Source of the DNA: Chthoniobacterales bacterium
GTDB lineage: Bacteria > Verrucomicrobiota > Verrucomicrobiia > Chthoniobacterales > DYNR01
Length of the DNA stretch: 64,000 nt
Direction: 5' to 3'
NCBI GenBank assembly: GCA_026418675.1
Contig: JAOAAX010000003.1
Location: 32,491-96,490, forward strand
The notes under the pieces are model-generated. The model saw nothing but the letters and a program-made list of their open reading frames with translations. It was not told the DNA's origin and made no database searches. The position numbers and the translations under genes are program-made. Of the stretch, positions 10,507 to 20,378 are shown one piece after another; positions within the stretch are counted from its first letter, which is position 1, and every line of letters starts with the position of its first letter.

Positions 10507-11565
10507 ATGATAGATTTACGAGAAGTTGTTGAGGTAGCAGCGAGACGTAGTTTGGATCGTCAGGAGATTGGAGTGGCGGTTGAGGGGTTATTGGATTCGA
10601 GCATTGAGTTAGAGTTAAAGGCTAGTTTGCTTGAGACATTACAGGCAAGAGGCGAGAGTGTAGGGGAGATTTTGGGGTTTGTGGAGGAGCTTTTGAATCG
10701 TTCTGAGAGGCCGCAGCTTAGTGAAGCAAAGGGACCGAGGATGGATGTGTGTGGGACTGGAGGAGATGGAGCGGGGTTGTTAAATATATCAACAGCAGTG
10801 ATGTTTGTGGTGGCGGGGTGTGGTGTTGAGGTTGTTAAGCATGGGAATAGAGGAGTGACGTCTCGCTCAGGTGGCGCGGATGCTCTTGAAGAATTGGGAG
10901 TGGCTGTTGAGATAGCGCCGGATGTAGCGAGGGACTTTTTGGAGGAATGTGGATTTGTTTTTCTATTTGCACCGCTCTACCATCCTTCATTTCGGGTTAT
11001 AGCTCCAGTTCGTAAGTTATTGGCAGGAAGAGGGAAAGTAAGCATCTTTAATATATTGGGGCCCTTACTAAACCCTGCTCGACCTGAGTATCAGTTAGCT
11101 GGCATTTTTCGGAGGAATTTTTTGAAACCCTATGCGGAAGTGCTTGCGAAGTTAAAAAGGGAATGTGCTTGGGTTGTTCAGAGTTGGGTAGGAGAGGGTG
11201 TTAGTATTGACGAGTGGACGCCTTGTGGGGTTTGTTTAGCTGCGATAGCTGACAAAAATGGGGTTAGTTGTTTTGAGATTCAACCTGAGGAGGTTGGAGT
11301 GAAGCGGTGTAAACTGAATGAACTTCAAGGTGGGACAGCGCAAGAAAACGCAAAACGGATAGAGCAACTTTTGAAAGGGGAATTGAGTGGAGCGACGAGG
11401 GATGCGGTTTTGTTGAATTCAGCAGCAGCGTTGTGTGTGTGTGGAAAAGCGAGCGATTTGCGTTCAGGTATAGAAATGGCAGATGAAGCTCTGAGGGGAG
11501 GGGAAGCTTTTCGTGTTCTTGAAAAGGCTCGTAAGTTCTCAGGGGAATTATTAGGGGCTTCTTAA
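10507..11565 (+). CDS. trpD: Anthranilate phosphoribosyltransferase
   Basis: DVCGTGGDG, NIST, KHGNRGVTSRSGGAD, FNILGPLLNP. Confidence 0.95.
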   Translation: MIDLREVVEVAARRSLDRQEIGVAVEGLLDSSIELELKASLLETLQARGESVGEILGFVEELLNRSERPQLSEAKGPRMDVCGTGGDGAGLLNISTAVMFVVAGCGVEVVKHGNRGVTSRSGGADALEELGVAVEIAPDVARDFLEECGFVFLFAPLYHPSFRVIAPVRKLLAGRGKVSIFNILGPLLNPARPEYQLAGIFRRNFLKPYAEVLAKLKRECAWVVQSWVGEGVSIDEWTPCGVCLAAIADKNGVSCFEIQPEEVGVKRCKLNELQGGTAQENAKRIEQLLKGELSGATRDAVLLNSAAALCVCGKASDLRSGIEMADEALRGGEAFRVLEKARKFSGELLGAS

Positions 11566-11594
11566 CGTATGTAATTGGGAGTTGTTCAAGTTTT

Positions 11595-12161
11595 ATGAGG
11601 AGAGGAGGAGTCTTTTTGATGGTGTTAATATTTGTTATGTTCTTCTTTTTTGTTGGTTGTGCGAGCAAGGTGTCGCGAGTAAATGTAAGTGGTGATCGTT
11701 CGACTTTTAATTTGAAGGAACAACTTGGTTCTAAAAAGGATAAGGGGAAAGTAAAGATGCGGGTTAAACGATTTAGGAGGATATATCCTTTCCCTTTTAA
11801 TCTCGTGCAGATGTTGTTTTTTTGGGTGCCCCAAAAAGAGGAACAGAGAAATTCCGAGCCAGGGATGCCAGTTGGGAGGGTTTATTTTGTTAATTTGGAG
11901 CAAAGGTTTGCGGTTGTGGAAACGACTAACTGGATGCAATTACCAGTTGGGGTAGAGTTAGTTGCTTTAGAAAATGGTGTTATACAGGCTCGTGCAAGAG
12001 CGACGGCAGATCGCCGTCCACCATTTGTTGCTGTGGAAATAGTTGAAGGGCATTTGTATCCAGGACAAAATCTTTTGCTGTTGGAAGATTCTTTTTTACA
12101 AAATGATGTGCAAATTGATTCAGGGCAGGTTCTTCAGATGCCACGGGGAACGGCTCCATAG
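11595..12161 (+). CDS. Hypothetical lipoprotein
   Basis: Basic N-terminus, hydrophobic stretch, FVGC lipobox-like site. Confidence 0.65.
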   Translation: MRRGGVFLMVLIFVMFFFFVGCASKVSRVNVSGDRSTFNLKEQLGSKKDKGKVKMRVKRFRRIYPFPFNLVQMLFFWVPQKEEQRNSEPGMPVGRVYFVNLEQRFAVVETTNWMQLPVGVELVALENGVIQARARATADRRPPFVAVEIVEGHLYPGQNLLLLEDSFLQNDVQIDSGQVLQMPRGTAP

Positions 12162-12162
12162 G

Positions 12163-12200
12163 AAATTTCTTTAAGTAGTCCGCGTTAAGGGAATTTTTCT
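12163..12200 (+). terminator. Possible weak hairpin/terminator upstream of purH
   Basis: AAATTTCTTTAA (12163-12174) pairs with TTAAGGGAATTT (12185-12196) using G-U pairs, followed by Ts. AT-rich stem. Confidence 0.25.
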
Positions 12201-12235
12201 TGAAAAGGTTTTATAATCGGACAAAGTAATTTCGA

Positions 12236-13756
12236 ATGAAGATCGAACGAGCCCTGATCTCGGTTTCTGATAAGACCGGGATTGAATCATTTGCTAAGAA
12301 GCTCCATACATTTGGGATTGAAATTGTTTCGACAGGAGGGACGGCACGGCTTTTGCAACAGGCTGGAATACCAACGATTGAAATTTCTGCTTTTACTGGT
12401 TTTCCTGAGATGCTGGAGGGTAGGGTTAAGACCCTTCATCCGAAAGTGCACGGGGGATTACTCTTTCTTCGGGATAATGCGTCTCATGTTAGTCAAATTC
12501 AGAAGCAAGGCATTCGGCCGATTGATTTAGTTGTTGTCAACCTCTATCCATTCACGCAAACGATTTGTAAAGAGGGTGTTACACTGGAGGAAGCGATTGA
12601 GCAAATTGATATTGGGGGTCCTGCTTTGCTCCGGAGTGCAGCTAAGAACTATCGGTATGTAACAGTTGTGACCGATCCTGCGGATTATGAAATGGTTGCT
12701 GAAGAGATTTTAGTAAAAGGGGAAACTTCGTTAAAATTGCGGGAACAGCTTGCGATTAAGGCGTTTTCGACGACTGCCCGCTACGACCAAGCTATTGCAT
12801 CCTATCTTAACGGGGAGCAACAAACGTGCGCTGCCTTTCGCCTTGAGCTACCGTTAGCAGCTCGGCTGCGATATGGAGAGAACCCTCACCAACATGCCGA
12901 GCTTTATGGAAGTTTTTTTGATTTTTTTGAAAAACTACAAGGGAAAGAGCTTTCGTTTAATAACATTCTCGACATTTCTGCAGCTGCAGCACTGATTGAG
13001 GAATTTACAAGACCCGCAGTGGCGATTCTGAAGCACACAAATCCCTGTGGTGTGGCGACGGATCCTGATCTTCGCCTAGCATGGGAAAAGGCTTTTGCGA
13101 CGGACCGCCAAGCACCGTTTGGCGGAATCATTATTACAAATCGTCCTGTAAATTTAGAGCTTGCGAAGGCAATTTCTGAGATTTTTAGCGAAGTGATCAT
13201 CGCGCCGGACTTTGATTCTGAGGCTAGGGCGCTGCTTCAGAAAAAAAAGAACTTACGGCTCATTCGCCAATTGCAAACGCTTCCGAAGGCGGACCGCGAC
13301 ATTCGGAGCGTTCCTGGCGGGATACTCGTGCAGGATGCGGACACGCTTAATTTAGGAGAAATGGAACACAAGGTAGTTACGGAGCGTCCTCCAACTCGTG
13401 ATGAACTTGAGGCGATGGAGTTTGGCTGGAAAGTTGTCAAACATGTTAAGAGCAATGCGATCGTTTTTGCTACGAAGGATCGGACTCTTGGAATTGGGGC
13501 TGGGCAGATGTCGCGGCTTGATAGTGTTAAAATTGCAGTTTGGAAAGCGAAAGATGCGGACCTCTCTTTGAAAGGGAGTGCTGTCTGTAGCGATGCTTTT
13601 TTTCCTTTTCCGGATGGTCTTCTAATAGCTGCCGAGGCAGGTGCAACCTGTGCGATCCAGCCGGGTGGTTCTGTGCGGGACGATGAAGTTATTCAGGCTG
13701 CGAATGAGCGAAAAATGGCGATGCTTTTCACAGGAAACCGCCATTTTCGGCATTGA
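12236..13756 (+). CDS. purH: Bifunctional AICAR transformylase/IMP cyclohydrolase
   Basis: RALISVSDKTG, GRVKTLHP, IDIGGP, RYGENPHQ, SDAFFPF, RHFRH C-terminus. Confidence 0.97.
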   Translation: MKIERALISVSDKTGIESFAKKLHTFGIEIVSTGGTARLLQQAGIPTIEISAFTGFPEMLEGRVKTLHPKVHGGLLFLRDNASHVSQIQKQGIRPIDLVVVNLYPFTQTICKEGVTLEEAIEQIDIGGPALLRSAAKNYRYVTVVTDPADYEMVAEEILVKGETSLKLREQLAIKAFSTTARYDQAIASYLNGEQQTCAAFRLELPLAARLRYGENPHQHAELYGSFFDFFEKLQGKELSFNNILDISAAAALIEEFTRPAVAILKHTNPCGVATDPDLRLAWEKAFATDRQAPFGGIIITNRPVNLELAKAISEIFSEVIIAPDFDSEARALLQKKKNLRLIRQLQTLPKADRDIRSVPGGILVQDADTLNLGEMEHKVVTERPPTRDELEAMEFGWKVVKHVKSNAIVFATKDRTLGIGAGQMSRLDSVKIAVWKAKDADLSLKGSAVCSDAFFPFPDGLLIAAEAGATCAIQPGGSVRDDEVIQAANERKMAMLFTGNRHFRH

Positions 13757-13861
13757 TGAGGAGACTGTTGGGCAACTGGAGTCCTACCTGAAACGCCAAA
13801 TACATTTTGATATTTTTTTCCCATTGGAGAGGAAAACTGCGACTGCTATTTGTGGGGAAGG

Positions 13862-14533
13862 TTAGATAGCGCGCACGTGGATTGCTTCCGCTACTTTACT
13901 GCCGAGGGACCAAACTTTTTTTTTCTCGGTGTTTGAATTCAGCTCGATTTGCCAAAGGTCCGCGGAGGGATCTACGGCGAGGAGTGTTAAGGGTGTTCCT
14001 GGGCGCAACCCGCGCTCGCTCCACGTAGCACGTAGGGAAGGGGGGATATCGCCGATACTTAGAACGATATAACTTCCTTCGGTAGCTTTTGAAAGAGGGA
14101 TACGCTCGTCAATAGGCATTTTCCCTTTTGCATCTGGGATGGGGGTGCCATGTGGGTCGTATTGAGGATTGCCCAGCAAGACGGCAAGGCGTTCGATAAC
14201 TCGATCCGAAAGTGCATGCTCGAGGCGCTCTGCTTCCGAGTGAACTTCTTCCCAGCCAAACCCTAAAATTTGGACAAGAAATAACTCAATGAGTCGGTGA
14301 CGGCGAAGGATACGAAGAGCTTCCCGCCGGCCTTTTGAAGTAAGCTTAGCTCCGACACGTTTCTGATACTCCACGTATTCTCCGGAATTGTGGAGACGCT
14401 GAATCATGATGGTTGCTGTTGCAGGAGTAACACCCAAAGAGTTTGCTACTTCACCTGGAGAGACAGATTCTCCCCGGTCACCACCAAGGCGGTAGATGGT
14501 TTTCAAATAATCTTGGATAGTTTCGGACGGCAT
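13862..14533 (-). CDS. DtxR/MntR/TroR-family metal-dependent transcriptional regulator
   Basis: QDYLKTIY, RRHRLIELFL, VHSEAERLEH, DPHGTPIP, C-terminal FeoA-like domain. Confidence 0.93.
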   Translation of the reverse strand: MPSETIQDYLKTIYRLGGDRGESVSPGEVANSLGVTPATATIMIQRLHNSGEYVEYQKRVGAKLTSKGRREALRILRRHRLIELFLVQILGFGWEEVHSEAERLEHALSDRVIERLAVLLGNPQYDPHGTPIPDAKGKMPIDERIPLSKATEGSYIVLSIGDIPPSLRATWSERGLRPGTPLTLLAVDPSADLWQIELNSNTEKKKVWSLGSKVAEAIHVRAI

Positions 14534-14592
14534 TTTGTTTCATTTTGCTTCGTTTAATAGATTTTGTAAACCTTAATGAGGTAAAATTTAAT

Positions 14593-14608
14593 TTTTGAAT
14601 ATTCAAAA
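14593..14608. promoter_or_regulatory. Perfect 16-bp palindrome TTTTGAATATTCAAAA, putative DtxR-family operator
   Basis: Lies in the 134-bp divergent intergenic region between two DtxR-family genes. Confidence 0.6.
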
Positions 14609-14667
14609 TTTTTTATTTGCATAATATAAAAAATAATTTCAGTTAATTCTTAAAACATTGCCTAGAG

Positions 14668-15591
14668 ATGATGAGAAAATTTGGAGAAAGTGAAATTTTG
14701 GAAAACGGATTGAAATATCTGCATTGGCTTGAATACGAAGCCAGTCAGGAAGGGATTGGGATAGAGGAACTTGCTCGTCAACTTGGATTGGATGAGAAAG
14801 CTGTGGTTGAATTAGTTAGGAGGCTTGAGGAAAAAAATTTTTGTCAAGTATTGGATAAAAAAATCCTTTTGACAGAGGATGGGCGGAGACGGGCACGGGA
14901 AATTTTACGCGCGCATCGTCTTTATGAGACATATTTAGCCAGGAGGACAGCGTATCCATCTGAGGAATGGCATGAGCGAGCGGAGTTTGCTGAACATCGT
15001 TTAACGCCCAAAGAAGCGGATGCGATTGCGGATGAGCTGAATCATCCTCGTTTTGATCCACATGGTGACCCGATACCGACGCGATTTGGCGATCTTCCTC
15101 CCTTACGCGGGGTTTCTCTGACCGAGGCACCGGTAGGGAAGATTCTTGAAGTTGTTCACATTGAGGATGAACCAATCGAGGTATGGCAGAAGTGTGCGGA
15201 TAGTGGGGTTGTTCCAGGAACACGTCTTAAAATTCTTCAAAAAAGTGATAATTTTATCCAAATAGAATTTGAGGGCAAGCGTGCTTTATTTGAGGTGTGG
15301 ATTGCATTACGGATTCGGGTAGTTTTGGTGGAATGTAGTTCGGAAGCTTCGGCTGACGTTTTTCCTCTTTCTCAGCTTGAGGTTGGATCAGGTGGGATAA
15401 TAGTTGGTTTGAGTGCGTCGTGCAGAGGTGCGACCCGGTTTCGGTTGTTGGATTTAGGTTTTGTAGCCGGGAGTAAAGTCAGAGCGGAATTTAGCAGTTT
15501 TTGGGGTTCTCCTGTCGCTTATAGGATTCGTGGGACGCTTATTGCCCTAAGGGAGGAGCAAGCAAGTCAAGTGTTAATCAGGGCGGAGTAG
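14668..15591 (+). CDS. DtxR-family regulator fused to two FeoA domains
   Basis: RAHRLYETYL, HERAEFAEH, DPHGDPIP, then FeoA 1 and FeoA 2 (RLLDLGFVAGS...PVAYRIRGTLIALREEQA). Confidence 0.88.
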   Translation: MMRKFGESEILENGLKYLHWLEYEASQEGIGIEELARQLGLDEKAVVELVRRLEEKNFCQVLDKKILLTEDGRRRAREILRAHRLYETYLARRTAYPSEEWHERAEFAEHRLTPKEADAIADELNHPRFDPHGDPIPTRFGDLPPLRGVSLTEAPVGKILEVVHIEDEPIEVWQKCADSGVVPGTRLKILQKSDNFIQIEFEGKRALFEVWIALRIRVVLVECSSEASADVFPLSQLEVGSGGIIVGLSASCRGATRFRLLDLGFVAGSKVRAEFSSFWGSPVAYRIRGTLIALREEQASQVLIRAE

Positions 15592-15596
15592 GGACT

Positions 15597-17861
15597 ATGC
15601 TTACCTTGAATACAATCGTTGGTTCATTACGAAGATTGCAGGAAGGGGGGATCAAAAGAGGGAGGCGTCATTTGCCGCTCGGGGAAAATAGTTCTGGGCA
15701 GGTTGTTGTTGCTCTTGCTGGTAATCCCAATGTCGGTAAAAGCACGCTTTTTAATCGTCTAACTGGGCTTCGGCAGCATACAGGAAATTGGCCAGGCAAG
15801 ACTATTACTCGTGCTGAGGGTGGGTTTTGGTTTGGAGGGAAGAGTTTTCGGATTGTTGACCTTCCTGGAACTTATTCACTTTTGACAATTTCTCCTGATG
15901 AGGAAGTTGCGAGGGATTTTCTACTCTTTGAGCGGCCAGACGTAACGGTTGTTGTGATGGATGCCACTGCACTGGAGCGGAATCTGAACCTCACCCTGCA
16001 AATTCTCCAAATTACAGACTCAGTTGTCGTTTGTGTGAATCTTTTGGATGAAGCGCGTGCTCATGGAGTGGAAGTTGATCTTCGGAAACTTGAATCTGAA
16101 CTTGGTGTGCGGGTGGTGGGGTGTTCGGCTAAGAGCGGGGAAGGGATTTTGGAACTACTGGATGCTATTCTGGAGGTTGCCGATATTGGTCGGGCTTCTA
16201 TTGAAGGCTTGAAGATTCCACGACCTGAGTTTCCTGCACGTTTTGAGGGATTAGTTTCCCGAATTTTTGGACGTTTACATGAGATTTTTCCTTCGATTCG
16301 TGGTGGGTGGTGGGTTGCTTTACGATTGCTCTGTGGCGACAATGCACTTCGGCAGGCTTTCCTGTCTTGTCATGTTGACAAGTTAGTGAAACTTAACGGA
16401 GGGATTCGTGTGTTACAGGAAAATGAGGATGTATCAATTTTGAAAGCGAGATGTGCTGCTCTTTTGAGCGAGGTTGAGGAGATTCGGTGGGAATTACCGC
16501 TGGCATTTGAAGATCGGATTGCTGAATCGTTTTATGGATTGGCTTCTAAGATAAGTTCTCGGTGTGTTCGGCGGGGAACTGAGACGTCGCGTTTGCGATG
16601 GCAGAGGCGAGCGGATTTTTTTGCCACACATCCGATTTTTGGGTTTCCTATAATGCTGGGATTGTTTGCGTTGGTTTTATGGGTCACGATAGTGGGGTCG
16701 AATTATCCGTCGTCGTTTTTAGCTTGGCTGCTAGTTGAGGAGGGGCATAGTTTGTTAAGGAAATTGGTAGGGGGTGTTGGTTTTCCTGGTTGGGTTGTTG
16801 GTGTATTTGTAGATGGGGTTTATCTAACGACAGCCTGGGTGGTGAGTGTGATGTTGCCACCGATGGCAATTTTTTTTCCCCTCTTTACGATTCTTGAGGA
16901 TCTTGGGTATTTGCCGCGAGTCGCGTTTAATCTGGACCGCTTATTTCAGGCTGTGGGATCCCATGGGAAGCAATCGTTGACGATGTGCATGGGGCTTGGA
17001 TGCAATGCGGCGGGGGTAGTTTCTTGCCGGATTATAGATTCTCCACGGGAACGGTTGATTGCAATTCTGACGAACAATTTTTCGCTTTGTAATGGGAGGT
17101 GGCCGACGCAGATTCTTATTGCGACGATTTTTTTGGGTTCTCTTGTTCCTCCTTTTTTGGCAGGTGTAGTGGCTACTGGAGCAGTTTTTGGCGTTGCGGT
17201 TTTGGGATTTGTGCTGGCGCTTTTGAGTTCCTTTTTGCTTAGTCGGACGTTTCTGCGTGGTATTTCATCAACATTTAGCCTTGAATTGCCGCCGTATCGA
17301 CCGCCGAATGTCTTGCGGACTCTTTATACGTCGTTGATTGACCGGACGATTTTTGTGCTTTGGAGAGCTGTGGTTTTTGCTGCTCCTGCAGGTGCTGTGA
17401 TTTGGCTGATTGCCAATATTGGGGTGGGGGGGAAGTCATTGGCGGAGGTTATTTGTGGATTTCTTAGTCCATTAGGGAATTTTATGGGGCTTAATGGGAC
17501 CGTTTTGTTAGCCTATTTGATTGGGATTCCTGCGAATGAAATTGTTCTGCCGGCGATTCTGATGTTGACGGTTTTGGTGGAAGGGATAGGGGGAGTTGGG
17601 GCAGGGGCAGGGGTTCTTTTTGAAGCAGATGATCCGATTGTTTACAAAATTTTGACGAATGCGGGGTGGACGTCGCTTACGGCTGTTTGCTTGATGCTTT
17701 TCAGCCTATGCCACAATCCCTGTTCGACGACGCTCTTTACAATTTATAAGGAGACTGGGAGCTGGCGTTGGACACTGCTTGCTGCGATGCTTCCCTTGAT
17801 ATTTGGATTTGTTCTCTGTTCTTTTGTAGCGTTAATTGGGCGGACTTTTTTTGGATTTTGA
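15597..17861 (+). CDS. feoB: FeoB-family divalent metal transporter
   Basis: G1 GNPNVGKS, GNWPGKT, DLPG, LEDLGYLPR, GLGCNAA, ELPPYR, multiple TM helices. Confidence 0.95.
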   Translation: MLTLNTIVGSLRRLQEGGIKRGRRHLPLGENSSGQVVVALAGNPNVGKSTLFNRLTGLRQHTGNWPGKTITRAEGGFWFGGKSFRIVDLPGTYSLLTISPDEEVARDFLLFERPDVTVVVMDATALERNLNLTLQILQITDSVVVCVNLLDEARAHGVEVDLRKLESELGVRVVGCSAKSGEGILELLDAILEVADIGRASIEGLKIPRPEFPARFEGLVSRIFGRLHEIFPSIRGGWWVALRLLCGDNALRQAFLSCHVDKLVKLNGGIRVLQENEDVSILKARCAALLSEVEEIRWELPLAFEDRIAESFYGLASKISSRCVRRGTETSRLRWQRRADFFATHPIFGFPIMLGLFALVLWVTIVGSNYPSSFLAWLLVEEGHSLLRKLVGGVGFPGWVVGVFVDGVYLTTAWVVSVMLPPMAIFFPLFTILEDLGYLPRVAFNLDRLFQAVGSHGKQSLTMCMGLGCNAAGVVSCRIIDSPRERLIAILTNNFSLCNGRWPTQILIATIFLGSLVPPFLAGVVATGAVFGVAVLGFVLALLSSFLLSRTFLRGISSTFSLELPPYRPPNVLRTLYTSLIDRTIFVLWRAVVFAAPAGAVIWLIANIGVGGKSLAEVICGFLSPLGNFMGLNGTVLLAYLIGIPANEIVLPAILMLTVLVEGIGGVGAGAGVLFEADDPIVYKILTNAGWTSLTAVCLMLFSLCHNPCSTTLFTIYKETGSWRWTLLAAMLPLIFGFVLCSFVALIGRTFFGF

Positions 17862-17926
17862 AGTCTTTTTGTGTAATTAAATTAGTTAAAAGAGAACGGT
17901 ATCGGGAAGATTTTGGTAAGTTGGGC

Positions 17927-18001
17927 TGGTGGACGGTGAGAGGATCGAACTCCCGACCTACTGGGTGTAAACCAGCCGCTCTACCACTGAGCTAACCGTC
18001 C
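17927..18001 (-). tRNA. tRNA-Val (anticodon TAC) with encoded CCA
   Basis: Reverse complement GGACGGTTAGCTCAGTGGTAGAGCGGCTGGTTTACACCCAGTAGGTCGGGAGTTCGATCCTCTCACCGTCCACCA forms a cloverleaf with a GTTCGA T-loop. Confidence 0.97.
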
Positions 18002-18086
18002 CTGCGTTGAGTTTGTAACAAGAGCAGGGGATTTAGCAAGTTGGAGATTTTTGAAGGCAGTGACGAATGTTGAGTGCTAGGTGTGT

Positions 18087-19724
18087 TTAGTTAGAGTTTT
18101 TGGGTGTAGGTGAAGAGGTCGGGTTAAGGCGATTGAGTTCGCTTTGAAGGAGTTGAACCTGATTAGGTGCGAGCGGTTGTTTAAGTAAATCGTTAATTAA
18201 GCGAATAGCTTCATGTTTTTTTTGGGAGGCCTCGAGGGCTTGGATGAGATACCAGGCAATTTGGACACGCTGCCAGGGTTGTTTGGCATATTGGAGAGAG
18301 TTGGCGAGTATTTCTGCTGCTTGTTTTTGCTGGCCGTTTTCAAAGCGCCAGATACCTACAGCTTCTGCTAGCATGGGGTTAAAGAGGAGTTTGCTGAGAG
18401 CTACGAGGGTAGGAGCGGCCATTTCCATGTTGCCATTGCGCTCGGTGACAGTTTGGCGGAAACGTTCCCATTCATTGGCAGGTGCATCGCGTCGGGGTTG
18501 TGGACGGTGCCATGCGGCGAATGGGCGGTAAAGGGGGTCAGCAATAATTATACTCATCCATGAAAGAACGGGGGTTGAGGCCCAAGCGGCATCGGCTATG
18601 GGCCAGCCAGCTAAGAGGCGTTGGACGAATAGGTCAAGATTAAGGCATAGTGAGAGGTAAGGCTCGTAAACGTTTCCAGCAGAGACGGCAGCTCCTAGTT
18701 GGACGAGTGGTGCGACCCAGCCAATTGGCTGACGGAGGGTAGCTGCGCTGAAGGAATGGATGTGGATTGCGATTGCACCTGGGGAAAAGGTTGTTTGTGG
18801 GTCAGCAAAGGGTCCGCAAGCTTGACCTGCATACCAACCGAGGTAAAGGGCTGCATCGCGAACAGGAAAGCCATCTGGGAAAGTGGGTTCTTGGAAATCA
18901 GTTAGGATTGGGATTCCGTTTTTGCGGAGAGCTATTGAGCAATTTTGGAGCCATTGGTCACCTTGTGCATAAGGGCCGGTTTGGATACCACGCAGGTCGA
19001 GGTAAGCCCATCCCCAAAGTCCCCTTGCTTCTGAACGGAGGCTGTCGTTGATGCGAGTTTTCAAAATATCTTCAGGCGCACCGTCTAACCTGCTTACCAG
19101 GAGCATAGGTGGTGGAATGGACTTTGTTTGTGTGGCCTCTTCTTGAGCCTGGAAATACGGGTTGTTTAGTGGGCCTCGCCAAGGATTATCTAGGCCTAGG
19201 ACAGCAATTTCTGAATCTACGCTTGCTTCGTCGCGATCTTTTAAGGGGTCGCGCTGTTCTCCTGAAGCGGGAGGTGGAAGATCAGAACGGACTTTTAAAG
19301 GGATGCCGCGGATCAATACGGCGTAGCGGATGTTTGTCCCCAAAATGCGATTTTCTTTGAGTAGCCAGAGTTGTTTTTCTAGAAGGGCCTTTCGGAGTGG
19401 GTTTTGAATTGTTTGAATGTATTGCTCTCGAGAGATCTCTTCATCGGTTGGACAATCGAGGGGTATGATGTTTTCGTTTGGGATATTGCGGTTTTGAGCG
19501 TAGTAGAGAGCGAGGTCAGAAGCTTGTGGCCAATTCTTGTTGTAAACGACAATTGTTGATTGGGAGAGAATTGTGGGAGTTTGGAATGGTGGTGGTTGCG
19601 AAGAGGCAAAATGAAAAGCTGGAATAGTGAGTAAAATAGTGAGTAAAAGGGTTAGAATTGTTCTCCTCACAATGTGGAGACTATTGGTTGAATAGGAAAA
19701 TGGCTGTTTTAATTTTGAAACCAA
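18087..19724 (-). CDS. TIGR03790-family exported protein with helical (TPR-like) C-terminus
   Basis: VVYN...LALYYAQNRNIP, ASVDSEIA, LVSRLDG, YLGWY, GAIAIHIHSFSAATLR, GNVYEPYL. Start uncertain. Confidence 0.8.
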   Translation of the reverse strand: MVSKLKQPFSYSTNSLHIVRRTILTLLLTILLTIPAFHFASSQPPPFQTPTILSQSTIVVYNKNWPQASDLALYYAQNRNIPNENIIPLDCPTDEEISREQYIQTIQNPLRKALLEKQLWLLKENRILGTNIRYAVLIRGIPLKVRSDLPPPASGEQRDPLKDRDEASVDSEIAVLGLDNPWRGPLNNPYFQAQEEATQTKSIPPPMLLVSRLDGAPEDILKTRINDSLRSEARGLWGWAYLDLRGIQTGPYAQGDQWLQNCSIALRKNGIPILTDFQEPTFPDGFPVRDAALYLGWYAGQACGPFADPQTTFSPGAIAIHIHSFSAATLRQPIGWVAPLVQLGAAVSAGNVYEPYLSLCLNLDLFVQRLLAGWPIADAAWASTPVLSWMSIIIADPLYRPFAAWHRPQPRRDAPANEWERFRQTVTERNGNMEMAAPTLVALSKLLFNPMLAEAVGIWRFENGQQKQAAEILANSLQYAKQPWQRVQIAWYLIQALEASQKKHEAIRLINDLLKQPLAPNQVQLLQSELNRLNPTSSPTPKNSN

Positions 19725-19754
19725 AAATTAGATAATTTGATATTTAAAAAATTT

Positions 19755-20354
19755 TTAAAATTTGACTTGAGGGGCTTCCCGTTCTTTGTCGTTTTGGATT
19801 TCAAAGAGCGCCGCAGGTTGGAATTGGAAAATACTGGCTATGAAATTTGTGGGGAATAGTTCTCGTTTGGTGTTGTAGGACATGACGGCGTCGTTATAGG
19901 CTTGGCGGGCGAAGGAAATTTTATTTTCAGTTGAAGTTAATTCCTCCATGAGGTTGGAGATTGTTTGATTGGCTTTGAGGTCTGGGTAGGCTTCTGCGAC
20001 AGCAAAGAAACGCGTTAGCGCGTTGGCGAGCCCAGCTTCTGCGGAGAGGAGAGAAGCCATAGCGGTGGCGTCGCCGGGGTTAGCTGCAGCCTTAGAAGTT
20101 GCTGAGCTAGCGGCATTGCGGGCCTGGATTACTGCCTCCAGAGTGGAACGTTCATGACTGAGATAAGCTCGGGCGGACTCGACGAGGTTGGGGATGAGGT
20201 CATAACGGCGTTTGAGCTGGACATCAATTTGGGAAAAGGCGTTTTGGAAGCGATTTTTGAGAGTTATGAGTCCGTTGTATTCACTAATAGCCCAGAGAGC
20301 GAGGAGGAGAAGAAGGAGTAAGATTATGCCAAATATGGCGAGGAGGGGCGTCAT
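19755..20354 (-). CDS. lemA: LemA family protein
   Basis: N-terminal TM, SQIDVQLKRRYDLIPNLV, EAYPDLKAN, TENKISFARQAYN, FPTNFIA. Confidence 0.95.
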   Translation of the reverse strand: MTPLLAIFGIILLLLLLLALWAISEYNGLITLKNRFQNAFSQIDVQLKRRYDLIPNLVESARAYLSHERSTLEAVIQARNAASSATSKAAANPGDATAMASLLSAEAGLANALTRFFAVAEAYPDLKANQTISNLMEELTSTENKISFARQAYNDAVMSYNTKRELFPTNFIASIFQFQPAALFEIQNDKEREAPQVKF

Positions 20355-20378
20355 TTTGATGTTCTGCTTTTTTTGAAG

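Noticed and set aside
13757-18001. Metal-uptake genes as an island integrated at the tRNA-Val 3' end
   Set aside because: No duplicated tRNA 3' end near 13757-13861 and no integrase seen.
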